DNA of 64,000 nt from positions 13,268,001 through 13,332,000 of the forward strand of contig NC_092672.1 of the NCBI RefSeq assembly GCF_964355755.1, given 5' to 3'. The stretch is from Antedon mediterranea (Eukaryota; Animalia; Echinodermata). Under the pieces are notes generated by a model. It was not told the DNA's origin. It ran no database searches and saw only the letters and a program-made list of their open reading frames with translations. The translations under genes were made by a program, and so were the position numbers. Below are positions 1 through 12,233 of this stretch, one piece after another; position 1 is the first letter of the stretch, and each line of letters starts with the position of its first letter.

Positions 1-1102
1 ATTTGTAAATAAATTAGTAAAGTTAACGTGGGTTTTTCTTCAAAAAGTAAGTAAGGTATGGTTGAGAATGTCTCGATGTTTTGTTTGTATTGCTATCAAT
101 CATCTTCGTACTCTGTAACTTTTAGAATAACATGGTGTACAGCAACACTTTATTAGTATTTATTCGCCACGCAAAGATTTAAACAATCGTAAATTGAGAA
201 CATTTCATGTTCAGTTCTCCTTCAGCTGTAATTGTTCCTACGAGTTCACATCCTTGAACGTAGTTATTATCACGTTCATAATTACTGATTCAAATTTCAA
301 CTTTATACAATAATATATAATATATTTTTAAAACATTTTGTTGCTATGCAATTTTTTAATTTTGAAAAAGTGAATAAAAATTATGTTACATTAAAATGTT
401 TCATAATTTGTATTCACTTTTTCAAAACATTGGATCGGAAAAAAAACATATTTACCCTAACAAACTGTAAATTACAGAAAAAATGAATCACATTGTCTAC
501 CAGCCAATTGGTTTTTGGTTGAATTTAACCGTTTATTTTGTCGTTTTATAAGTGAAAACCTTTTTTTAGGGTATTTTTCCGGGTTCTTTTTTCTACGAAA
601 GCGATTAACTTTATTAAAGCTGAAAAATAAAATATTCATAGTTTGATGTTATTAATCTTCATTTTTCATGTTTTTGGGGGACAATACAACTTTAAGATTA
701 TGGATTGGTGTTCATAGTGTTTACGCTATCATTCTGGAAGTAAGTAAATGTTCTTTGGACTTGTACTTGCCACAAAGTCGCATGCGAGGCACAAAGTAAA
801 GTAACCAATAACAAGCGACGGTTACGCCACATCATGGTGATAAGATTTTTGCAAGAAGTTTGTTCTGATTTTTTTTTTTTTTTGTCTCTAGCAACTTGAT
901 TTAATTAATTGGAACTGGGAAGAAATTTGTGCTGAGCTAAATTAGAGTGGAGTGAAGTGGACTTACCGTATCGTTTATCATACCACTATCGTCGTTATTT
1001 GTAGGCATAAACAGTAAAACCATCTATTACTATTATAATCATTGTTACTGGTCATGTAGTTACATTTATACGATTATTTTTAATTACTAAACAGAAGAAA
1101 AA

Positions 1103-1674
1103 ATGTCATTTCCATGTAACAATGCATCCTATGATGTATCTGAATACGGGTGTTCAACATTTAACACGACTGACTATGATTCCTGCATAGATATGTTCCT
1201 TCTTAGTGACTGGGAGAGGATTTTACGTTACAATATCATTCCTGTTATGGTCGCCTTTGGAATTGTCGGAAACATTATGACATTCATCGTTATGGTGAGT
1301 AAATTACACAAACCAGTTTACGTGGTATCTAGCCAATTTGGCAATATCTGATACAATGTCTTTAATGTTGGCACCTCTATGGGACGTTGAGTTTTTTACA
1401 ATACCATGTTCAATTGATGATATATATATATGACGACAATTATCACTGTGGACTGTTGAGTTTCTTTTCTTCTATTGCCTGGCATGTAGCAATTGTAACG
1501 ATATCATGTCTTTCTATTGAACGTTGTATGACAGTCTGTAAACCTTACTGGTTTCAAACAAGTGGATTTGGTACTCTTTCAAGATCTGTTAAAATATGCG
1601 TATTTATGTGGATTTTATGTTTGTCAGTGAATTTTGTACAAATATTCATTGCTTTCGAACGAGTGTCCGTCATT
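1103..1674 (+). pseudogene. Class A GPCR pseudogene A1, 5' part (TM1-TM4)
   Basis: GIVGN (TM1), YLANLAISD in the shifted frame (TM2), SIERC (DRY-like), VCKPYW. Paralogous to the intact ORF at 30890. Has a +1 G near 1325, an out-of-frame (AT)5 near 1422, and is cut by an L2 insertion after ...GTCATT. Confidence 0.9.
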
Positions 1675-2294
1675 GAGGGCGTGAAACAACGGTTGGTTTT
1701 TAAAATTTTCTAATACTGCTGCTCTAAAAACATCGAAAAATCTCAGTTCTTAATCAACGGATTTTTAATATAGATAGCACTGAAGACATACGAAAACTGC
1801 TGAACTTAAATAAACCTGCATCGGAGTTGAAATCTGTGTTGAAACTTTGTTTTTCAAATTGATCATCAGGTAGGCTCCAGTCAGTGTATTGTAACGCTAA
1901 GCCGTTACGTTGGTCCCCCACGAAAAACGATCGTATAGTAGGTTACTCAAATAAATTGAATCGACCATTCTATAATTTCCGTCTACTTTAATATTTGACA
2001 TTAAACTTTTTTGTAAAGAATCAACTTATCAACGATCGTGAAGATATCGACCTTAGTTACAAGAAATATCAAAGTTTAATATCTCTGTTAGCTGTTTTTA
2101 CAAATTTAAACTGATTTTACTGAGAAGATTGATACGTATTTTTAGCGCCTTTTGTCAGATCAAAGGAATCGCCGCCCAGTGCAAGCTATTACGCAACACT
2201 GAAAGGACTGTCAAGATCTTTTGTTTTCTTTTGTTTTTGGTCTTCACGCTTGATTGACTCTCGGTTTACAATAGCTTTTTTATACGACTAGGCG

Positions 2295-3937
2295 ATGGCT
2301 GATAAGAAACAGAAAAAGAAAAACGAAAAAAAGAAGATATACAAATGCCAAGCTAATACAAATGGTATACATATGGAAAAAGAAATGGAGAAGATCGACA
2401 TATCTGATTCTCCCCCAACACTAACAAAAATGGACTGTAAGCCAAACTCACAAACTGCTTGTTCTCCGCCAACCTTATTGAGAATCTGTGATGAATTCCC
2501 TCCAATAAATGAGCAACATCCTGGAACCTTTGATAAAAGGTTTAACGATATTATTGTCAACTATATGGAAGAAAACTATGAGCTTAAGCTACAAATTGTA
2601 AGAACAGAAAATGAAAATCTCAGAACAGAACAGAAAACAAATCACTAACATCTGAGGTTGAGTCTCTGAAACAAAGGCATCTAAAAATACACTGTCCCAA
2701 AAAAAATGATGACATTTCTAAAATTAGAGCTGAGATCGACAAATCTAATGAAAGAATGAAAAAATTGGAGAAGGAAAACAAAAATCTGAAACTTGACTTT
2801 GAGTCTTGGAATTTATGGGAAAAACGGACAATGAACAAAGAAGAACAAATAAAGACATTACGTCAACAAGTTACAGAAACGGAGCGTAGCTTATCCATAG
2901 CTAAAGACGAAATATATGAACTAAAAAGAATGCAAATTGCCATCGACACCTCAGATTTTGAACTACAACGTAGGACGAGAAAACAAATAATGGAAAGTCA
3001 CAAAAGTTCTACGACAACGCAAATAAGGAAAGTTTCTTCTAACACAAACGATTCTATTACACAAACTGAACAATTGATTGATAATCTGTTTGAGGAGCTT
3101 ACCAACAGGCAGCCATCTTCTACTCCTTCAAAACTGACCAAATCAAAATCATCTGCGTCTGCTGCATACCAGGATCAACTAAGCCAATATAGAAACAAAC
3201 ACAAACAGATACACTCTGATACAGCTTTAGATAAAAATATCTTGATTATTGGAGATTCGATGATAAAACAGTTTAAACCAAAACGACTTAGCAGGTCAAC
3301 AAATCTGAACGTAATCTGTCAGACAATGAGAGGAGCGAAAATTGATGACATTGCACACAAGGCAGCAGTACTGTCAACAGAACATAATGTGGATAGAATT
3401 ATTCTACACGCGGGAACTAATAACTCCTCAGATGACCCAGCCACTATTGCAGTAAAAATATCATCTCTCGGAGAATCTTTACAACCGAGAAGAGTAACAA
3501 TCTCCTCGATAATTCATCGAAAACATGAATCTCTTACAGAATCTAAGCGTATAAACGATGCCAATGACAAGATACGAGCAGTTGCTAGATAGCAAAATTG
3601 GGGCTTTATTGACAATAGTTGTATCATGTCAAAACACCTGTCTTCGGATGGAACTCACCTAAACCAAATTGGAGTTGGGTCATTTGCCAAAAATGTTATA
3701 AACCACATCAATGGAAATTCGTGCGACGAATCTTTGTCTGTACCTGTGCCTGACATACACAAGCCACAGTCGTCAATTTTTCATCGTGCGAATATGTATC
3801 AACGACAAACGGAAGCAAATCGTCCATTGGAGAATCATCAATTTCTACAAATAAAACCCCACAGAGACCAAATACACCAAGAGTGGAGCCAGTACCTGGA
3901 CACAGTCCGCCGATTGCAAAAAGACACAGCGCCATAA
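2295..3937 (+). pseudogene. L2 ORF1: coiled coil plus SGNH/GDSL esterase-like domain (disrupted)
   Basis: Charged heptad-rich N-terminus, then IIGDSM, ILHAGTNN and SSDGTHLN blocks of the SGNH fold. Frameshift near 2640 and in-frame TAG at 3590-3592. Confidence 0.8.
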
Positions 3938-3939
3938 GT

Positions 3940-6902
3940 ACTCATTTTTCTAAATTAAAATTATGTGTACTTAATGCTCGATCCACGCAACGCAAAGCCT
4001 CAAGAAAAGGAGTGGAGCAAGTATCTGGAAATGGTGAGACGAGTACTAAATCCACAGAAAAGCATAGGTCTAAAGAAAAAGCACATCTTAATTTTGGCGT
4101 TCTAAATGCACGTTCACTGCGTAACAAGTGTGATGAATTTGTGGACTTAGTTGTTAACTATAATCTAGATGTAGTGGCGGTGTCTGAAACCTGGTGAAGA
4201 CCAGATGATGATCTTGTGATTGGAGAATTAACTCCACTAGGATATCGCTTTGTGCATGTCCCTAGGGTGGACAAAACTGGGGGTGGTGTTGGAATTCTGC
4301 CTAAGTCAAGCTTAGTTGTTAACTTGAAAACGGATGTACATACATATGCACCATTTGAGGCTATACATGTGCATATTACGTCTAACTCGAAATCTCTTCG
4401 TTTAGTTAACATATATCGACCACCAACCTTGTCTGTTACAGAGTTCCTAAATGATTTTGAAAAAATGTTGTTTGACTTTATTCTCTTTTCGTCTGAAATT
4501 GTTTTGTGCGGAGACTTTAATATCCATATGGATAATAAAAAAAATGTGGCAGCGGATAGATTTAGATTGCTTAGATCGTTTGGTCTCCAGTAGCATATAA
4601 ATGAACCCACACACTGTAGTGGGCACTGCCTCGACCTTATCATCACTAGAGATGATCTACTTCTCTCGGATGTAAAGATACACCCTGGCCTGTCAGATCA
4701 TTTTGCCATATTTTGCAAGTTTGATCTTAAACGGCCCACAACACACAAAACTGTAAGAAAAAGTCGCAACCTAAAACAAATTGATATTGAGAAATTCACA
4801 AATGACATTAAAGCCTGTGTGTCTAATATAACCGATGTAAGTGTAATTCTTGAAGACAGTGTAGAAAGCTATTCTGATCTCAGAGCTGTACTTGACTTAC
4901 ATGCGCCAGTTCAGAACAAAACAATTAGGCAAAAGGAAGCTAAACCGTGGTATACCGATGAAATTCGATCTGAAAGGAAAGTACGTCGTCAACTTGAACG
5001 TAAATGGATGAAATCAAAGCTTCTTAAGGATAGACAGGAATACTGTGTTCAAAGATGCGTTGTAAATGGACTGATTGAAAAGGCCAAGACGCGGTATTAC
5101 TCTAGTCTGGTTAGTGACTGCACAGGTGATCAAAAGAAACTTTTCAATATAGTAAATAAACTTTTACATCACTCCAAGTCATCGGTCCTTCCTTCGTCTG
5201 TCTCCGATGAAGCTATTGCTGAAAGATTTTCTGTGTTTTTTGTAAATAAAATTAAATCAATTCGTGATTCACTAGAAAATGAAAATACTGCCGAAGTTAT
5301 AACTGCTTCTGATAAATGTAATATATCTTATGGTTTAACTAGGTCTATACGGTTTTCTCAGTTCGAACCTGCAAGTGATGAGGACATTTTAAAAATTGTC
5401 AAAAATTCTCCCTCTAAATCGTGTGCACTTGAGCCGGTACCAACTTCACTGATTAAGAAATGTACTTTTGCATTTATTCCATTAATCACACATATTGTTA
5501 ATAAGTCTCTTGAAAGTGGTTCTTTCCCAGAGTCTCTAAAAGTCACTCATGTTCGACCCACATTGAAAAAAAACAGGTCTAGATCCCGAGATTCTGAAAA
5601 ACTACAGACCTATCTCGAATCTTAGTTTTTTAAGAAAAATAATTGAGAAGGTTGTTTCTAAACGGATTTTGTCGCATGTACAAAAACATGGCCTACTTGA
5701 TCCGTATCAATCTGCCTACAAAGCGCATCACAGTACTCTGAAACGGCATTACTTCGTATAAATAATGACATCCTACGTGGGATGGATGATGGAAAGCTAA
5801 CTGCTCTAGTATTATTAGATTTAAGTGCAGCATTTGATACGGTTGATCATTCTGTGTTGCTAAATAGACTCAGTACTTATATTGGTATTGAAGGAAATGC
5901 ACTTGATTGGTGTCGGTCATATTTGGAAAAACGACCTCAACACGTATGTATTGGTGATGCTATTTCAAAAGCTTCTTTTCTAAACTTTTCGGTACCACAA
6001 GGATCTGTTCTTGGGCCGCAATGGTTTACTATTTATTTACACCCGATACGGGATATCATAAGTAAATATGATCTGTGCTATCATGTTTATGCTGATGATA
6101 CTCAGATTTATATTTCTTTTAAACCTACTATGAAACACAGTGACATTTCTTTGGAATTGCTCCAACATTGTATTTATGAATTGCGTGTCTGGATGAAAAA
6201 ACAGAATTTGTTCTCTTTGGATCAAAACAGCAGTTGGAAAAACTGCCACCAAGCTTTATTCACATTGGTGAAACCCAAATTGACCCGGCTAGGCAGGTTA
6301 GAAATCTTGGGGTTGAAATGGATGTGGGTATGACTATGATTTCTCATATCTCAAAAACTATTTCTGCGTCGTCTTTTCACTTGCGAAACATTCGAAGGAC
6401 TCGCAAGTTTATAAATGAGACAGCCGCTAAACAACTTGTTCATGCTTTTGTCACTTCACGACTAGATATGGGAAACTCTTTGCTATACGGGCTACCACAA
6501 AAACAACTCCACAGGCTCCAACTGATTCAAAATACAGCGGCACGAGTTGTTAAAAAATTACCAAGATATGGACACATATCAAATACTTTGGAAATATTGC
6601 ATTGGCTCCCGGTTAGGTACCGCATTGTTTTTAAAATATTACTCTTTGTTTTTAAGTCTATAAATGGCATGGCTCCTGAATATATTTCTGACATGCTTAG
6701 GCTGTATGTTCCCGGACGTAATCTGCGTTCTAGTGACTCGCTGCTTCTACATCAGCCTAAGTCTCACCACTCATGGGGTGACAGAGCATTCTCCGTTACT
6801 GCTCCTCGTCTGTGGAATGCTCTACCGAGCTCTATAAGACTTTGCAAAACTGTTGATACTTTTAAAAAATTATTAAAAACACATTTATTCATTAAGGCAT
6901 AA
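3940..6902 (+). pseudogene. L2 ORF2: AP endonuclease plus reverse transcriptase (disrupted)
   Basis: APE motifs LNARSLRNK, VSETW, YRPP, CGDFN. RT motifs LLDLSAAFDTVDH, VPQGSVLGP, YADDTQ. C-terminal LHWLPV...RAFSVTAPRLWNALP...FKKLLKTHLF. Several stops and frameshifts. Confidence 0.92.
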
Positions 6903-7229
6903 GGAAATCATGAGGTTTCTTAAAGTTTTTTAGACTTAGAATTGTTTTGTATACTTTTTCCTGGCCAGCATTATCTTTGGGGTGCCTCTTTCTTGGTTGT
7001 TGTCTCTGAGCACCCGGTCGTCTGTGGCAAGGCAAATGTGTATCCTGCTCCTTTGTTTGGTCACCTAGGTAGGGGTCCGGGACCGCGACAGAACGACAAC
7101 GGATGGGGACCCTCCAAAGAAATTGCATTTTATTTGTCAGGAATTTGTATGATTTATTTCTTTTTTATTTTTAAATGCGCCTTGAGCAGTCTGGAGTGGT
7201 ATCTGCGCTATAAAAATCTTATTATTATT

Positions 7230-7723
7230 TTTCGTTGGCCTGATATAATAGAGGTATCTCGAATCGTGCAACTACGTGTCGTTTTAATTTAAATTACATG
7301 AAAGAAAGTACAATTTTGTGGATGCTTCAATTTGTTGGCACTTTACTTTCAAATGTACTTATTGTAATGTTGTGTTTTCTTATCGTTTATTCTTTAAGAA
7401 AGTTACATAATAACGGAACAAATCCATGCAAAACCGACCCACGCTCTAAATCTGAAAGGAAAATATTTACGATTTTTGTAACAGTTACAATTTATGTCTT
7501 CTTCATGACACCGTTGCATTTGTTCGTTATTTTATCCTTTCTTGACATTATGGGAACGGATTTAAATTGGTTGTTGAGTATTTGTCGTTTTGGAACATAT
7601 TTTAATTCTTCTGTAAATCCTTTGATATATAATGTGGTAAATGAAACTTTTAGACCAGCATTTGTTGACGTAACCTATAACAGAATTCGGAGGAACATAG
7701 CCGAACGTACTGGCAGGACATAA
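7230..7723 (+). pseudogene. Class A GPCR pseudogene A1, 3' part (ECL2-TM7)
   Basis: YVFFMTP (TM6) and NSSVNPLIY (NPxxY, TM7). Collinear with 37640-38125. Confidence 0.9.
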
Positions 7724-10647
7724 AGCTGTTTTTATTGCAACGTGTGAACAATTCGTACACAAAGTAATACTTATGTTCAGACAGCCTTACATCTGAGGTA
7801 AAGTTACGTCAGACATGAAATTATGCACGCTCTTATGAGCGTCCACATGAAGCTTAAGTCAAGGTGGATTTTACTTGCGAGCTTTGAGGTAATTGCCCCT
7901 TCACAACGCTAATTTTCTAGCGTGTATCATATTCCTTGCGTACGCTGTTTGTAGTAAGATTGACTTAACTTAGCATAATAATGAAAGATCGTCTTAACGA
8001 GCACTCCAGAGCTTACAACGAACTGCTACATCATAACTTACTTTCGACTCGTCTAACGTCCCTAATAAAATTAACAAACAATTTAAAATAAAGCCTAAAC
8101 AATCAAAATACATTTTAAAGTTAAAGGAGTGATGCGCAACTATGAAGGAAAAAAAAGCAACAAACGATACCGTACATTTTAATTGATTATTTATATTTCA
8201 GTGTGAAATTAAAGATATACAGTAAATTATGTAATTAAGTTTAATAACAGCGATGTAATGTTATATAAAATAAATGTTTATTATTTAATTAATCCACCCT
8301 GAAGCAACCTTCCAACGGTAGAGAGAGAAGTTAGGCCATTCATAAAGCCAGATCTCCGATTTTGGCCGAGGAGTTTATAAATACTTGGTTTTAGTCACTT
8401 CTATTTTAATCGCCGTAGGAATAGTAACGAATTATCTACAACAAATTACCGCCTCAACACCCGATTCTGCTACTGTCCACAGGTGCTATCTGTAAAACTA
8501 TAGCAAGTTATACACGTTGCTGTCTGCTATAAATGCTGTACTTTTAACACACGGTACACTGTCTGTAGCACAGTGTGTGTTGACAATTTACAATGATGTA
8601 CAACCATAGGCAGGTTTTCGTACTGCCATGCAAGAATGGATAGGTGTTTTCCGCCGCTTTTAGGCCTTCTAGTCAATTATTGTATTATCGAATTACGTAA
8701 TTAGTCTAGTAGCTCATCTACCTTTTTAGCAGGGCATAATGAATATTGTAGCTAGGCTAGGCCTACTAGTCTAGCGGGAAATCAACCAATTATTTGGTTG
8801 GATACGAGTTTAGGGTAGGAAGTTAAGTACGAGTTGGCATGGGTACGAGTCGACCAGGGGTGAATCGACCAGAGTACACCCGGCCGCCCTACTAGAGCAT
8901 AGGCTACAGGCCTGCAGGAATGGGAAATCTGTCCTAGCTATAGGCATAGGCCTACATTAGGACGCCCAAAAAAGCCATCCTATGAGCATAAAAAGGCCTC
9001 GTAGAGCCAGACATGTTAACATATACTACACAGTACTAGTACGTCTACCATTTATTATAGTTCCATGGTACTACGGATCACTACTATCTAGGTCTAGTAG
9101 GCTAGGGTAGGGTTCCAGTAATTTCGGTCGCGTTTTTTCAGGAGGGCATGTGAGAGGTGAGGTAGGTTAGCCCAGCTAACCTAAACTAACATCTAAGTAG
9201 TATTCTACCATGGGATGGGAACGAGTCGGGATGGGGGTACGGGTTGATCTTTATCCGTATTCTAGGGTGCTGGTCAACCCGTAACGTACCCATGTCAACT
9301 CGTACCAAACTTGGCTAACTCGTACCCAAATAATTGGTCAACTCGTACCAATAGCTTTATAGCTTTATTGATAGCTGGGTTCAAATCTAGGTTGGGACGG
9401 TTTTTTCTCATTCTAAAAAAGATTTCCTTATAATAATAAAATAATATCGACCTATGAATTTAACTGTAATATTGTATTTTATACATAATATTAGTAGTAA
9501 TAGTAATTCCCATTGCATTTATTATTATAATATATTTTACGGTTGTTACCCCTTAATTATACTATAGTATAACTTCCTTGTTATATTTTACAATATTTTA
9601 TTCATAATTCAACAATTTTTTTTCACAGCTAATTATCAAACTGAATCATCACACACCAAATCTCATGAAATCTCTATTGTATTTCTCCAAGCTAATCCAG
9701 CTACATGGTATTGCCTTGAGGCTAAACTACACTGTATACTGGGCACTACCATCATTCCTGGCCCGTCAACCTGGACCACATTATGGTCCAACACAGTCGT
9801 GTACTACTGATTCCAAATAGTGAATTACATCCTGTGGTCAAGGATTTATTTGCACTTATGCTTATTTCCTCCAACATACAGAGTACGTAGGGCTTTTAAT
9901 GATTTGCTTTTATACCTGTTAATTAAAAAATCGTTTATGCCTATTGTTGCATAAATATCAAATTTAGACTGTAAATACTGGGATGATCACCCTAAATTTT
10001 CTTTTTCATTTAACAATTTTATATTTCACAGCCAGAAAAAAAGCATACAGGTTTTTTTTTTATTCATAATAACTGTTGAATTGCATCCCAATACATGGTA
10101 CCTATTGGTATTATATCTATAATAATAAAGTACTCTCTTATAAATAGATGTATCTCTCCAAACTACTCCAACTACCTAATCTAATAATAGTACTATTAGC
10201 ATACCACTGTACACTTTGTAGACAAGAAATAAGTTGTATCCACCTAGAGGACTTATGTACAGTCGATCGTCCTCTCACTGTTCTGGTCAACATAATCTAC
10301 GTCTAGATTATTACAGTAATTAAAGTACATTATTACAGAGATTTTTTATTTTTTCAGAAATCAAAGTTATGTGTATAGAAAGCAGTACGCGTATTAAAAA
10401 CTAAGCAGGTTGTACTCTTGAACGCAAACTGGCAGGAAAATTTTGAATATTTTTTGTTGTTGAAATGATGGAATCCTAACTTCAATTTCCACGAACTGGA
10501 GACGAAGACATATTACGACCCTTTTATTTTATTGATATTTACTTGCATTCTCATCGTTTTAAAATTTTATTTATAATGCTGGTAATGAATTTACTATTGA
10601 AAAAGTCATGTGTCCACTTATCTCAAATTGTGGCACACCTCTAACCT

Positions 10648-10650
<3 letters not shown>

Positions 10651-10680
<30 letters not shown>

Positions 10681-10721
10681 GATTTTAATAGCGCACATAC
10701 CACCACTCCAGAATGCTCAAG
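10651..10721 (-). mobile_element. 5'-truncated L2 3' tail (same family as 1675-7229)
   Basis: Reverse complement CTTGAGCATTCTGGAGTGG..TATGTGCGCTATTAAAATC(TTA)n matches 7181-7229. Missing from the opposite palindrome arm (near 15490). Confidence 0.85.
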
Positions 10722-12233
10722 AACTGACTGTGTTCTATATGAGTACATTTAATTTGCCATATAGTAGTGTTTCCACCATACTTCAACCTGGTAATTGAAT
10801 ACATTTCATCGGGGTAAAATTATCACCTTTAACATAAAGTATCCTCCTGAAACATGTATTTGTACTGTACTGCATCTACTATTCATTTAATTACTTAATA
10901 CTAATTTGGGTGATTTATGTCTAACTTCAGGAATGATCTGAGGCTAGAAGAACGAATTTCTGCACATATAATTTATATAAAAAATAAACCAATGTTTTCC
11001 TAAAAATTTAACCCCTAGGTTGATAACTAACAAAGAAATTATTTGAAATTGTGTTCTCACAATATATGTGTACTGTATCTACATATGCATGCTGCTGTAC
11101 TTGTTTTTAACCGCATAATGGCATTAAAAAAAAAAGAATGTTTTATAATTATTATGTTATTTCCAAATATTAAAGGTCTGAAACAGAAACTAAATGTTAC
11201 CAAACTATGTTTTTGAAAATCTCTATGATATAATATAATAATATGAACATAATAATAAATTATATTGACTATTTTTGATAATCATCATGTCCTTATAAAT
11301 TCATTTATATTTCTTTTGTGTAATATAGTTCATATATTATGTATTAAATAAATTGGTAAGGCCCTATACTGTTTATATTTAAGGAAAGTTTATATATACT
11401 ATTATTTTATGCCTACCAATATTAGTATTAATTGTTTATGTAACTATTTTGTCTAATTGCATTGATTTTTTGTATAGGCCAATGGCATTAATGTTTTCTC
11501 AAATCAAATTAGCCTAATAATGCCATATTTAGAAACATAATTCATTGATTTCTGATATTCTGTACTTGTGTATGCATTACTAAAATAGTAGTTATTTTAT
11601 TTCATTTATAATGCATGTATAAACTTTTATTCAGTTTTTTTTTACATTTTTAAGTTTAAAAATTATTAAAATACCTATCTACCTTTCTGTTATTGTTACT
11701 ATTATAATATTTTTTGAGGCAGATTGATTTCAATAAAAAAATTTTAAACAATTAATTTGATTTATACTGTACTATGTTAATTCAGGATATGAAGTGTATG
11801 TTGGTAGAATCTGGTGTATTGGAGGTTGGTGATGTGAGGTGTATTTTTGTCACTTTAAGACCTAAATTAGATGTTTTCTGAAGAAAAGAAGTAAGTGGAT
11901 ATGCTTTCAAACAACTCCAAGAAGATTCACACAAAAATAATTACTTCCCAATAAAATAGTATGTAACAGTGTATATTACACTACATTGAATAAACTCGAG
12001 CGGAAAAATAACACACATAAAAAATCATTCATCTCCTTGTCGAAAAGCGCCCTCTCTAGTTTTCTATTAATTTATTAATAATTATTATTAATTAATGAGT
12101 AATATAAACTTATTTTTAACATTTAATGCCGGAAGCTGATTCTACTCCTAACAAGGTGTCATACCTCCAAATTTCGTCAACGTATTCAAAGCACTTCAAT
12201 AAATATCACATTGAACATTAAAAATTAGGGTTA

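Larger units (their letters stand above)
1675..7229 (+). mobile_element. Apparently full-length L2-clade LINE inserted in GPCR A1
   Basis: The empty site GTCATTTTT(C/T)GTTGGCC is seen in paralogues near 37635 and 62856. Two ORFs. 3' end GCGCCTTGAG...GCGCTATAAAAATC(TTA)n is typical of L2. Only ATT microhomology at the junctions. Confidence 0.9.

Noticed and set aside
4158-4646. Antisense ORFs over LINE and Helentron coding regions (also 21524-21994, 58849-59256)
   Set aside because: Shadow frames of sense-strand coding or repeat sequence with no independent motifs.
8458-8620. RAG/ProtoRAG RSS-like ends (CAC terminus; CACAGTG at 8569)
   Set aside because: The terminus is CACCCGA, no nonamer lies at 12- or 23-bp spacing, there is no 5-bp TSD and no RAG-like ORF.
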